Shown in pieces: positions 16,576-23,838 of a DNA stretch of 64,000 nucleotides; position 1 is the stretch's first letter; each line of letters begins with the position of its first letter. The notes under the pieces were generated by a model that saw only the letters and a program-made list of their open reading frames with translations, had not been told where the DNA came from and did no database searches. The DNA comes from an uncultured Actinomycetes bacterium. Its GTDB lineage: Bacteria > Actinomycetota > Thermoleophilia > Gaiellales > JALYLC01. Location: NCBI GenBank assembly GCA_963845865.1, contig CAWJTT010000005.1, positions 11,315 through 75,314 on the forward strand, read 5' to 3'. The translations under genes were made by a program, and so were the position numbers.

Positions 16576-19500
16576 GTGAAGGGCCGGCTTGACTTCCGTG
16601 TCCTGGGGCCCTTGGAGGTCGTAGGCGAAGAGGGCGCGGTGGCGCTGGCGCAGGGAAAGGCGCGCGTCGCTCTCGGCGTCCTGCTGATACATGCGAACGA
16701 GGTCGTTGCCACCGATCGACTGATCGATGACATCTGGGGGGCGCAGCCGCCCGCGACTGCGCTCAAGAGCGTGCACGTCTACGTCTCACAGCTGCGGCGA
16801 AGCCTGGGCGCCGACGCGATCGTGACGCGACCGCCCGGGTACCAGTTGCGACTGGAGCCCGGGCAACTCGACCTCTACCGCTTCGAACGGCTGCGCGAGG
16901 AAGCGGCGCACGCTGAACCGGCCACCGCCGCCGCAAAGCTGCGCCAAGCACTCCGTTTGTGGCGTGGGCCGCCGTTTGCGGACTTCACCTACGCAGCCTT
17001 CGCGCAGGCGACGATCGCTCGCCTCGAGGAGCTGCGAGTCTGTGTGCTCGAAGAATGCATCGCAGCCGAGCTGGAGCTGGGACGCCATGCGGAGCTCGTG
17101 GGTGAGCTCGCGACACTCGCACAGGAGCATCCACTGCGCGAGCGCATCCGCGCCGCGCAGATGCTCGCACTCTACCGCTCGGGCCGGCAAGCAGACGCGC
17201 TCGCGGCCTACCAGAGCACGCGTCGCGCACTCGTCGACGTGCTCGGGATCGAGCCCGGCCGGGCCCTCCACGAACTCGAGCGAGACATCCTGACTCAGGA
17301 GTCCGCACTCGACTTCGTCCCGTCAGAAACGCACGCGGTAGCTCCAGAGAGAACCCTTCAGCCTCAAGGTATGCAGGCAGAGAGGTCCCTTCCGACGGGA
17401 ACGGTCAGCCTCCTCTTCACCGACATCGAGGGATCCACGCGTGTGCTCCAGACTCTCGGCGAGATCGTCGGACGCGAAGAGGAGCTTGCAAGTCTCGTCG
17501 CTTGCCTCGAGCAGCGGCAGCGGCTACCGCGGGAAATCGTGATCGAAGGTGAGGCGGGAATCGGCAAGACGATGTTGTGGCGGCACGCGGTCGCCGAGGC
17601 TCAAGCGCAGGGTTACCGGGTTCTCTCGTGCAGCCCGAGCGAAACCGAGGCGCACCTCGCCTTTTCTGGGTTGCGCGATCTCCTGGACGCGGCCTACGGC
17701 GACGGCGCGGACGCGCTCCCGCCTCCGCAGCGGCGCGCGCTCGACATTGCTCTCCTGCGTGCCGATCCCGGACAGCGGTCTCCCGATCAGGGAGCCGTGG
17801 CGGCAGCGTTTCTCGCCTCGCTCCGGCGCCTTGCGGAGCGCCGTCCAGTTCTCGTTGCGGTCGACGATGTCCAATGGCTCGACGGATCGACGGCGTTCCT
17901 GATGGGCTTCGTCGCGCGCCGGTTGCAAGACGAGCGGGTCGCCCTCCTCGTCGCCCGGCGCGCGGCCTTGTCTGATGCCGAACTGGCGTTCGGAGTGCGT
18001 GATCGGCTGCGAATGACGCTCGGTCCGCTCAGCATCGGAGCGCTTCACCGCATCCTGCGAACGCAGCTGGGCGGCGCTGCGCCGAGCCGGCCGATGCTGG
18101 TACGTCTGCACGAGCTCGCGGGCGGCAATCCCTTCTACGCGCTTGAGATTGCGCGTGCCCTTGAGCGCCGGGCCGACCTGGGGCCGGGCGAGGAGCTTCC
18201 CCTGCCTGCGCGGCTGCAGGATCTCGTGCTCGAGCGGCTCGCTGCGCTCCCGGAGCGCACGGTGGAGGCGCTTCAGGTCATAGCTGCGCTCTCGCAGCCG
18301 ACCGTGACGCTCGTCACCTCGGTGCTCCGCGACAACGCGGAGCCGCTCGAGCCAGCACTTGCGGCGCACGTGATCTCGACCGACGGTGATCGCCTGGTGT
18401 TCACGCACCCACTCCTGGCTTCCGGCGCATACTCCACCGCCGGTCCCGCGCGTCGGCGTGACCTGCACGGTCGGCTTGCGATGATCGTCGAGGAGGCCGA
18501 GGAACGGGCAAGGCACCTCGCGCTGGCCACCCTCCAGCCCGGCGCGGCAGTCGCGGCCGCACTCGAAGACGCGGCCCAGCGCGCGCGGGCACGCGGTGCG
18601 CTAAGCGCGGCCGCCGATCTCGCCGAGCAGGCAGTGCGGCTCACGCCGCCGGACGCGCGCGAGGACGTCCTCCGCCGGACGATCGAAGCCGCGGGCAATT
18701 GCTTCGAGGCAGGCGACGCCGGGCGGGCGCGGGCACTCTTCGAGCGTGCCGTCAGCATCGCTCCCGAGGGAGGACGTCGTCGGGCCACTGCGTTGGTGAG
18801 GCTCGCTCGCGCGAACGCGTTCGGAGCGAACCTCCGGGTCGCCGCCGCGCTCTACCGACAGGCGATCGCGGAGGCAGATCCGGAGAGTGCGACCCGTGCC
18901 GAGGCGGAAGAGGGACTCGCGGTCGCGCTCATGCGGATGCTCAAGGATCTCCCAACTGCTGCTCAGCACGCGGCGAACGCGACGGAGCTCGCCAAGCGCT
19001 TGGGCGACGGTCATGCGCTTGCGGAGTTCCGCGCGTCACACGCGCTTATCGTCGGGCTTCGGGGCGACCCACGAGCGCTCGGGTTGATGCAGCGTGTTGA
19101 GGGCGTGGAGGCGTTCGATGCGGAGAGCGATTTCGGTCCCTCGCGATTTCTGCGCACACTCTGGGGAACAGGATTCATGTCCTCGGTCCTCCGCGTGTTC
19201 GCCGACGATCTCGATGAGGCGCGAGCAGGGCTCGAGCTCGCGCGTGCGCGGGCCGTCGAGGCCGGCGACGAGGCGTCCTTGCCGCTCCTGCTGCGGTACC
19301 TGAGTCTCGTCGAGCTCCTCGCCGGTGACTGGTCTCGCGCGGAGCGCTTGGCCGACGAGGGTTACGAGGCATCCCTCCAGACCGGACAGCCCTCGCAACA
19401 GGCCGTGCTCGCGGCGTCAAGTGCGTTGATCGCAGCTCACGGAGGAAACGTCGAGGCGACGCGGGCGAGAGCGGACGAGGCGCTACGTCTCGGCGAGGAG

Positions 19501-20241
19501 ACCGGGTCGGGGTTCGCAGAACTGCTGGCCCGCTCGGCGCTTGGCCTGCTCGAGCTCTCGCTCGGGAATCCAGACCGTGCGGCGGAGGAGCTCGAGCCGC
19601 TCGTCGACGCGATCGAGGCAGCAGGTGTCGGCGAACCTGGAGTGGCACGATTCGTGCCTGACGCGATCGAGGCCAGGGTCGCGGTCGGGCGGCTTGGGGA
19701 TGCCGGCAGGCTGCTGGCGTCACACGAGGAGCGCGCGATGCGGCTCGACAGGCCGTCCGCTCTCGCGGCCGCAGGGCGTTGTCGCGCGTTGCTGCTCGCG
19801 GCGCGGACGGACTTCGACGGGGCGCTCGCCTCCGTCGGCGAGGCGCTCGCCCAGCATGCTCGGGTAGCGATTCCGTTCGAGCGTGGCCGGACGCTCCTCG
19901 TTCTCGGCGCAGTCCAGCGGCGCGCGACGCGAAAACGCGCAGCGCGAGAAGCGCTCGAGGAAGCGCTCGCGGTCTTCGAGCGGCTCGGTGCACGACTGTT
20001 CGCAGAGCAAGCACGCCTGGAGCTTGGCCGCATCGGTGGGCGCCGCCCCCCCACCGACCGACTGACGCCGACGGAACGCCGGGTTGCCGGCCTCGTCGCC
20101 GAAGGGCGATCGACGAAAGAGGTTGCCGCGACGCTCTTCGTCTCTCCGAAGACGGTCGAGGGACACCTGTCGAGCATCTACACCAAGCTGGGCATCCACT
20201 CGCGAACGGCGCTGGCCCGCGAGCTCTCGGCGTCTCGGTAG
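16576..20241 (+). CDS. chimeric transcriptional regulator: SARP (winged helix + BTAD), cyclase stub, P-loop STAND ATPase, TPR, LuxR HTH
   Basis: The N-terminus FRVLGPLEV...YVSQLRRSLG...GYQL plus ALRLWRGPPFADF...AELELGRH...LMLALYRSGRQADAL is the AfsR/DnrI type. LPTGTVSLLFTDIEGST is the start of a class III cyclase domain. IVGREEEL...GEAGIGKTML is the Walker A region. A long helical-repeat region follows. The C-terminus LTPTERRVAGLVAEGRSTKEVAATLFVSPKTVEGHLSSIYTKLG is a LuxR HTH. Confidence 0.85.
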   Translation: MKGRLDFRVLGPLEVVGEEGAVALAQGKARVALGVLLIHANEVVATDRLIDDIWGAQPPATALKSVHVYVSQLRRSLGADAIVTRPPGYQLRLEPGQLDLYRFERLREEAAHAEPATAAAKLRQALRLWRGPPFADFTYAAFAQATIARLEELRVCVLEECIAAELELGRHAELVGELATLAQEHPLRERIRAAQMLALYRSGRQADALAAYQSTRRALVDVLGIEPGRALHELERDILTQESALDFVPSETHAVAPERTLQPQGMQAERSLPTGTVSLLFTDIEGSTRVLQTLGEIVGREEELASLVACLEQRQRLPREIVIEGEAGIGKTMLWRHAVAEAQAQGYRVLSCSPSETEAHLAFSGLRDLLDAAYGDGADALPPPQRRALDIALLRADPGQRSPDQGAVAAAFLASLRRLAERRPVLVAVDDVQWLDGSTAFLMGFVARRLQDERVALLVARRAALSDAELAFGVRDRLRMTLGPLSIGALHRILRTQLGGAAPSRPMLVRLHELAGGNPFYALEIARALERRADLGPGEELPLPARLQDLVLERLAALPERTVEALQVIAALSQPTVTLVTSVLRDNAEPLEPALAAHVISTDGDRLVFTHPLLASGAYSTAGPARRRDLHGRLAMIVEEAEERARHLALATLQPGAAVAAALEDAAQRARARGALSAAADLAEQAVRLTPPDAREDVLRRTIEAAGNCFEAGDAGRARALFERAVSIAPEGGRRRATALVRLARANAFGANLRVAAALYRQAIAEADPESATRAEAEEGLAVALMRMLKDLPTAAQHAANATELAKRLGDGHALAEFRASHALIVGLRGDPRALGLMQRVEGVEAFDAESDFGPSRFLRTLWGTGFMSSVLRVFADDLDEARAGLELARARAVEAGDEASLPLLLRYLSLVELLAGDWSRAERLADEGYEASLQTGQPSQQAVLAASSALIAAHGGNVEATRARADEALRLGEETGSGFAELLARSALGLLELSLGNPDRAAEELEPLVDAIEAAGVGEPGVARFVPDAIEARVAVGRLGDAGRLLASHEERAMRLDRPSALAAAGRCRALLLAARTDFDGALASVGEALAQHARVAIPFERGRTLLVLGAVQRRATRKRAAREALEEALAVFERLGARLFAEQARLELGRIGGRRPPTDRLTPTERRVAGLVAEGRSTKEVAATLFVSPKTVEGHLSSIYTKLGIHSRTALARELSASR

Positions 20242-20257
20242 ACCCGCCGCAAAGACA

Positions 20258-20281
20258 GGGGATTTTCCCCGTTTCTCTTTC
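20258..20281 (+). terminator. weak intrinsic terminator after the regulator gene
   Basis: GGGGA-ttt-TCCCC followed by GTTTCTCTTTC. Confidence 0.4.
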
Positions 20282-20309
20282 GCGGGCGCCCTCCTAACCT
20301 CGGCTGCAA

Positions 20310-20576
20310 ATGGCGCGGTATCTCGTCGAGGTCTACATGCCGAACCGCGGCGACGCAGTTGCGCGCACGCACGCGGACGCGGCGACGCTCGCGCGCTCGC
20401 GCGGTGTGCGCTACGTGCGGGCGATCCTCATCCCGGAGGACGAAACGTGCTTTCACGTGCTCGACGCAGCCTCCGCGGACATCGTCGACGGAGCTGCAAG
20501 AGAGGGGTCCGTTCGGGTTGAGCGGATCGCCGAGGCCGTCGAGGTTTCGCGCCCGACACAAAGGGAGGAGCCATGA
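20310..20576 (+). CDS. small cytoplasmic protein resembling DUF4242
   Basis: The pattern MARYLVEVYMP...GVRYVRAILIPEDETCFHVLDAASADIVDGAAREG...ERIAEAVEV fits. No clear SD is visible. Its stop overlaps the next start (ATGA). Confidence 0.6.
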   Translation: MARYLVEVYMPNRGDAVARTHADAATLARSRGVRYVRAILIPEDETCFHVLDAASADIVDGAAREGSVRVERIAEAVEVSRPTQREEP

Positions 20577-21076
20577 GAAGGAAGATCATGCTCGGAGTGC
20601 TCGTCGCCGCAATTACGGGGGCGGCAGTGGCCGTGCCGCTCGCGGCATCGGCGGATCGCGACCACAGGCTCGTGATCGGCGTCAGAGTGAATTTCGTCAG
20701 CTCGACGCACGCCGAAGGCACGTTCGCGGCCTGCTGCGCGGTCAACGACAACGGCGCCGCTCAGGCTGACATCACCGCCTTCAGCGTCAAGAATGACGAT
20801 ACGGGCGCGTTCGAGGCGATCGAGACGTTCTCCGGTTCGAAGGGCTCGTTCAGGCTGGCGCTGCGCGGCACGACTGGTCCGCTAAGCAGCCTCCGCCACG
20901 TCGCGCGCGGCCATTGGTCGGTCCTGGATGGCACCGGCGCATACGCCGGCATGAAAGGAGAGGGAAAGCTCACCGCCGTCACAGACGAGACGGACGGCGC
21001 TCTCACCGCGATCAACGACGGCGAGGCGCAGGCGGTCGAACGCTCGGCCGAACCCCGAGAGGAGAAGAAGCAATGA
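20573..21076 (+). CDS. secreted hypothetical protein (167 aa)
   Basis: GGGAGGAG lies upstream. The signal peptide is MRRKIMLGVLVAAITGAAVAVPLAASA. The beta-rich body carries GHWSVLDGTGAYAGMKGEGKL. Confidence 0.75.
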   Translation: MRRKIMLGVLVAAITGAAVAVPLAASADRDHRLVIGVRVNFVSSTHAEGTFAACCAVNDNGAAQADITAFSVKNDDTGAFEAIETFSGSKGSFRLALRGTTGPLSSLRHVARGHWSVLDGTGAYAGMKGEGKLTAVTDETDGALTAINDGEAQAVERSAEPREEKKQ

Positions 21077-21088
21077 GGAAGGAAGCGC

Positions 21089-21922
21089 TTGATCGCTGCG
21101 GCAGCCGGCACGTTGCTCGCCGCCGCGATCGTCGGCGGCGTCGCGTACGCGACGATCCCCAGCGACACGAATGTCTTCACGGCCTGCATGCTCAAGAACG
21201 TGGGGACGATCCCGCTGATTGACCCCTCGCTGTCGAGCAGCTCCCTGCTGAGCCACTGCGCCTCGCTCGAAGCGCAGTTGTCGTGGAACCAGAAGGGGCA
21301 GCCCTCGGCGGCCGGGCTTCCGGGGCCTGCAGGCACGGCCGGTCCAGCCGGTCCGGCGGGCAAGGACGGCGCCGGTGTGAACGGCACCGCGGAGGCGGCA
21401 GGCGCCAACTGCGCCGCGGGCGGCGTCCAGCTCGCCACGGCGAACGGCGTGACCTACGTTTGCGACGGCAAGAACGGGAGGGACGGCAAGGACGGCACCA
21501 ACGGCACCAACGACACCAACGGTCGCGAAGGGAAGGACGGCGTAAGCGTGACGAGTGCCGCCGAGCCTGCCGGCACCAACTGTGCGAACGGCGGCTCGAA
21601 GTTCACTGCGGCGAACAACAACGTGACCTATGCCTGCGACGGGTCCGGTGGCACGGGCGGGATCGGGAGCCTCGATGCGCTCCGCGGATCGCCGTGCAAC
21701 AACGGCGCCGGCACGACCGAGATCACCTACGGCAGCAACGGCTCCGTCTCGCTGACGTGCGGAGCGCAGACCAGGCACGCCCTCACCGTCACGCTGAACT
21801 CGATCTCTGGAGGGAGCGGCACCGTCACGAGCTCGCCCGTGGGTATCAGCTGCTCGGGAACCTGCACCGCGAGGTTCTCGGCCGGGACGAACGTGACGCT
21901 CACGGCGACGCCCGCCGCCTGA
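21089..21922 (+). CDS. membrane-anchored collagen-like protein with Cys-bracketed modules and a partial InlB-B-repeat-like end
   Basis: TTG 21089 lies 3 nt after GGAAGGAAG and 12 nt after the previous stop. The N-terminal anchor is IAAAAGTLLAAAIVGGVAYA. GXY tracts are GLPGPAGTAGPAGPAGKDGAG and GKNGRDGKDGTNGTN..GREGKDG. Two paralogous modules are AGANCAAGGVQLATANGVTYVCDG and AGTNCANGGSKFTAANNNVTYACDG. The C-terminus is LTVTLNSISGGSGTVTSSPVGISCSGTCTARFSAGTNVTLTATPAA. Confidence 0.75.
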   Translation: MIAAAAGTLLAAAIVGGVAYATIPSDTNVFTACMLKNVGTIPLIDPSLSSSSLLSHCASLEAQLSWNQKGQPSAAGLPGPAGTAGPAGPAGKDGAGVNGTAEAAGANCAAGGVQLATANGVTYVCDGKNGRDGKDGTNGTNDTNGREGKDGVSVTSAAEPAGTNCANGGSKFTAANNNVTYACDGSGGTGGIGSLDALRGSPCNNGAGTTEITYGSNGSVSLTCGAQTRHALTVTLNSISGGSGTVTSSPVGISCSGTCTARFSAGTNVTLTATPAA

Positions 21923-21949
21923 GGATTCGGAGCGTCCCCAGCTCGTTGG

Positions 21950-22810
21950 CTATCGAGACGCCCGCATCACGGCGTCGGCTATCGCGCGGTACCCGACATC
22001 TGTCGGATGCGGATCGCTCTTCGAGCAGATGAAGGTGAACTTGCAGAGGCGAGCGCGCTGAGCTTGCAAGCTTCCCACTGGATTGAGCACCGGAAGCATC
22101 CGCGCGATCTTCGCGTGCGACCCGGTTGCCGCTCCGGCGATCGCCGCCTCGAACGAGCGGTAGACCGCTCGGAGCTGCTGGAGCGAATTCGGATCGGGGT
22201 TCCACGCTCCCGTGACAATGATCTCGGCGTGGGGCGCTGCTGCTCGAATCCGTCGAAGGATCGCCGTGAGACGAGCGGCGAACGCTTTGGTCTCACTCGG
22301 CGCCTGCTTGCGAGCGCACGCCACCGAGCCGCCGCAGGTGTTCTGCAACACCGGAAGCCAGTCGTTGCCCCACAGCGTCACCGTGATCGGGCTGACGTCT
22401 CCCGGGTGCGCCCGCAGGAACGACAAGGCCGCGTCGAGCTGCGCGCCCTTGAAGGAACGGTGCAGCCTAACCTCCCTGCGCGTAGGGCATCCGCCAGCGA
22501 CGAACGTCCGGGTCGACTCTCCCGGGCAGCCGTAGTTGACGACCTGCAGGCTCGGCGAGAGCTTTCGCAGACGCGCGGCGAAGACGTCGACGTACCCCGT
22601 ATCGAACGAAGACGGCGCAGCCATCAGCGGCTTGCCCGGCTGGAACCCGTATGCGATCGAGTCGCCAAGCGCGAGGTAGTAGCCACGAGGAGTCGCCTGC
22701 TTGGCCCCCGAGGTCGCACCGGCGGTGAGGGCGAGAACGCCCGCGAGCGCAAGACCCGAGAGCAGAACAGTCACCAACACTGCACGGCGAGTCGTACGCA
22801 GACGCGGCAC
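21950..22810 (-). CDS. secreted SGNH/GDSL hydrolase
   Basis: GTG 22810 has AAGGAGG upstream. A signal or anchor is present (VLVTVLLSGLALAGVLALTAGA). Block I is LALGDSIAYG, block III is TLWGNDW and block V is DPHPTDVGY. Confidence 0.85.
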   Translation of the reverse strand: MPRLRTTRRAVLVTVLLSGLALAGVLALTAGATSGAKQATPRGYYLALGDSIAYGFQPGKPLMAAPSSFDTGYVDVFAARLRKLSPSLQVVNYGCPGESTRTFVAGGCPTRREVRLHRSFKGAQLDAALSFLRAHPGDVSPITVTLWGNDWLPVLQNTCGGSVACARKQAPSETKAFAARLTAILRRIRAAAPHAEIIVTGAWNPDPNSLQQLRAVYRSFEAAIAGAATGSHAKIARMLPVLNPVGSLQAQRARLCKFTFICSKSDPHPTDVGYRAIADAVMRASR

Positions 22811-22896
22811 GCGAGCCTCCTTCGGCTTAGCGTATCGGACGTTCCATCTCGGGCCTCAGCGCCGGTCGAGTTCCGGAGTCTTCAGGCACGGCCGTC

Positions 22897-22918
22897 AAAG
22901 CCCGCTCCGGCGGGCTTT
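22897..22918 (-). terminator. perfect 9-bp hairpin AAAGCCCGC-tccg-GCGGGCTTT
   Basis: It lies about 100 nt downstream of the collagen-like gene stop at 23016. Confidence 0.45.
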
Positions 22919-22963
22919 CCTGCGCTTCAGCGTGGTAGAGCTCGGGCGCACAGCCGGCGTGGG

Positions 22964-23010
22964 GGCGTGAGCGAGGATCGGCGCCGACGCCGCTCACCCT
23001 CGCTCACGCC
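22964..23010 (-). terminator. 13-bp perfect inverted repeat with a 21-nt loop
   Basis: GGCGTGAGCGAGG ... CCTCGCTCACGCC starts 6 nt after the stop at 23016. Confidence 0.4.
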
Positions 23011-23015
23011 GCCGT

Positions 23016-23741
23016 TCAGGAAGCGACGAGCGTCGCGCTCGGGTTGCTCTGTGCGAGTTCGGCCGTCATCGTGATTGGCCCCCAGAACACGGCCGGGCAG
23101 TCGGACGCGCCATTTAGGTAGATGGTGTTAGCGCCTGCGACGATCGGCAGGACGCGTGTTGCCGAGGCGCTGAATCCGAGGAACGTTCCTGCGCCGTTTT
23201 GGGTGGGCAGGTTGCCGTTGATCCACTGATCGGCGAAGCCTGGCGCCGACGCGCCGCCGACCGGAATCGTCGGAGCAGCGGCAGCGGAGGCGATCTGCGA
23301 CTGAACTCGGCAGTCCGTGCCTGCGGTGTTGTGTACGCGTGTCGAGAAATTCGCCGTGACGAGCGCGAAGCCGGCGGTCGTCGAGGTGAAGGTGAGGTGC
23401 GCGACCTCACCGCTCGGCAGCGGAACTCGTGCCGCCGGGTATGCCGATGCGCTCCAGACAGCCGTCAGTCCCGCGAGTCCGGGGGCCCCCGCGGCTCCCG
23501 CGGGACCCGCGGGGCCTGCCGGTCCCCTCGGACCCGCCGGGCCGACGGGGCCACGGCGTCCGCGCAGACCGCGTAGCTTCTTCGGCGGCTTCTTCTTGGC
23601 CGCGTGTGCGTTCTTGGCCGGGTGTGCGGAGGGCGCCGTCGAGGAAGCGACGGCGATCCCGCCCACCGTCGCGAGAGTAAACCCCGCCGCCACGCTAGCG
23701 ATCACGAGTGGCGACCGGGTGAACGCGCGAGCACGTCTCAT
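23016..23741 (-). CDS. exported collagen-like protein with a globular beta-rich C-terminal domain (BclA-like layout)
   Basis: ATG 23741 has AGGAGGAG upstream. The N-terminus MRRARAFTRSPLVIASVAAGFTLATVGGIAVA is a signal or anchor. A Lys-rich linker is followed by 11 GXY triplets (GLRGRRGPVGPAGPRGPAGPAGPAGAAGAPGLAG). About 145 further residues follow. The upstream part of track ORF 23016..23963 is shadow. Confidence 0.75.
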   Translation of the reverse strand: MRRARAFTRSPLVIASVAAGFTLATVGGIAVASSTAPSAHPAKNAHAAKKKPPKKLRGLRGRRGPVGPAGPRGPAGPAGPAGAAGAPGLAGLTAVWSASAYPAARVPLPSGEVAHLTFTSTTAGFALVTANFSTRVHNTAGTDCRVQSQIASAAAAPTIPVGGASAPGFADQWINGNLPTQNGAGTFLGFSASATRVLPIVAGANTIYLNGASDCPAVFWGPITMTAELAQSNPSATLVAS

Positions 23742-23838
23742 GGCTCCTCCTAAGGGGAGAACAGGGTGGAACGCGGAGCATCTCCCGTACGCGCACCGAA
23801 CGCAAGCTTCCCGTGCCGAGCAGCCTGCTACGCGGGGT

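Noticed and set aside
17423-17437. Adjacent BamHI (GGATCC) and MluI (ACGCGT) sites next to the cyclase-domain deletion junction, which might suggest a cloning scar.
   Set aside because: The two sites encode the conserved E-G-S-T-R of the cyclase motif in frame. No vector-like sequence surrounds them, so the adjacency is most likely coincidence.
16576-20241. Nucleotide cyclase activity for the large regulator.
   Set aside because: Only about 25 residues of the cyclase domain remain, and the catalytic core is absent.
21314-21560. Periodic G-rich DNA repeats here, and also at 23470..23575, considered as a possible CRISPR or VNTR array.
   Set aside because: The 9-nt periodicity is the GXY collagen coding pattern inside ORFs. 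There is no repeat-spacer structure and no cas genes.
21920-22035. Read-through or a frameshift that would complete the truncated B-repeat-like domain of the collagen-like protein.
   Set aside because: Both alternative frames downstream were translated by eye. Neither resembles the missing strands, and the region is antisense to the SGNH hydrolase C-terminus.
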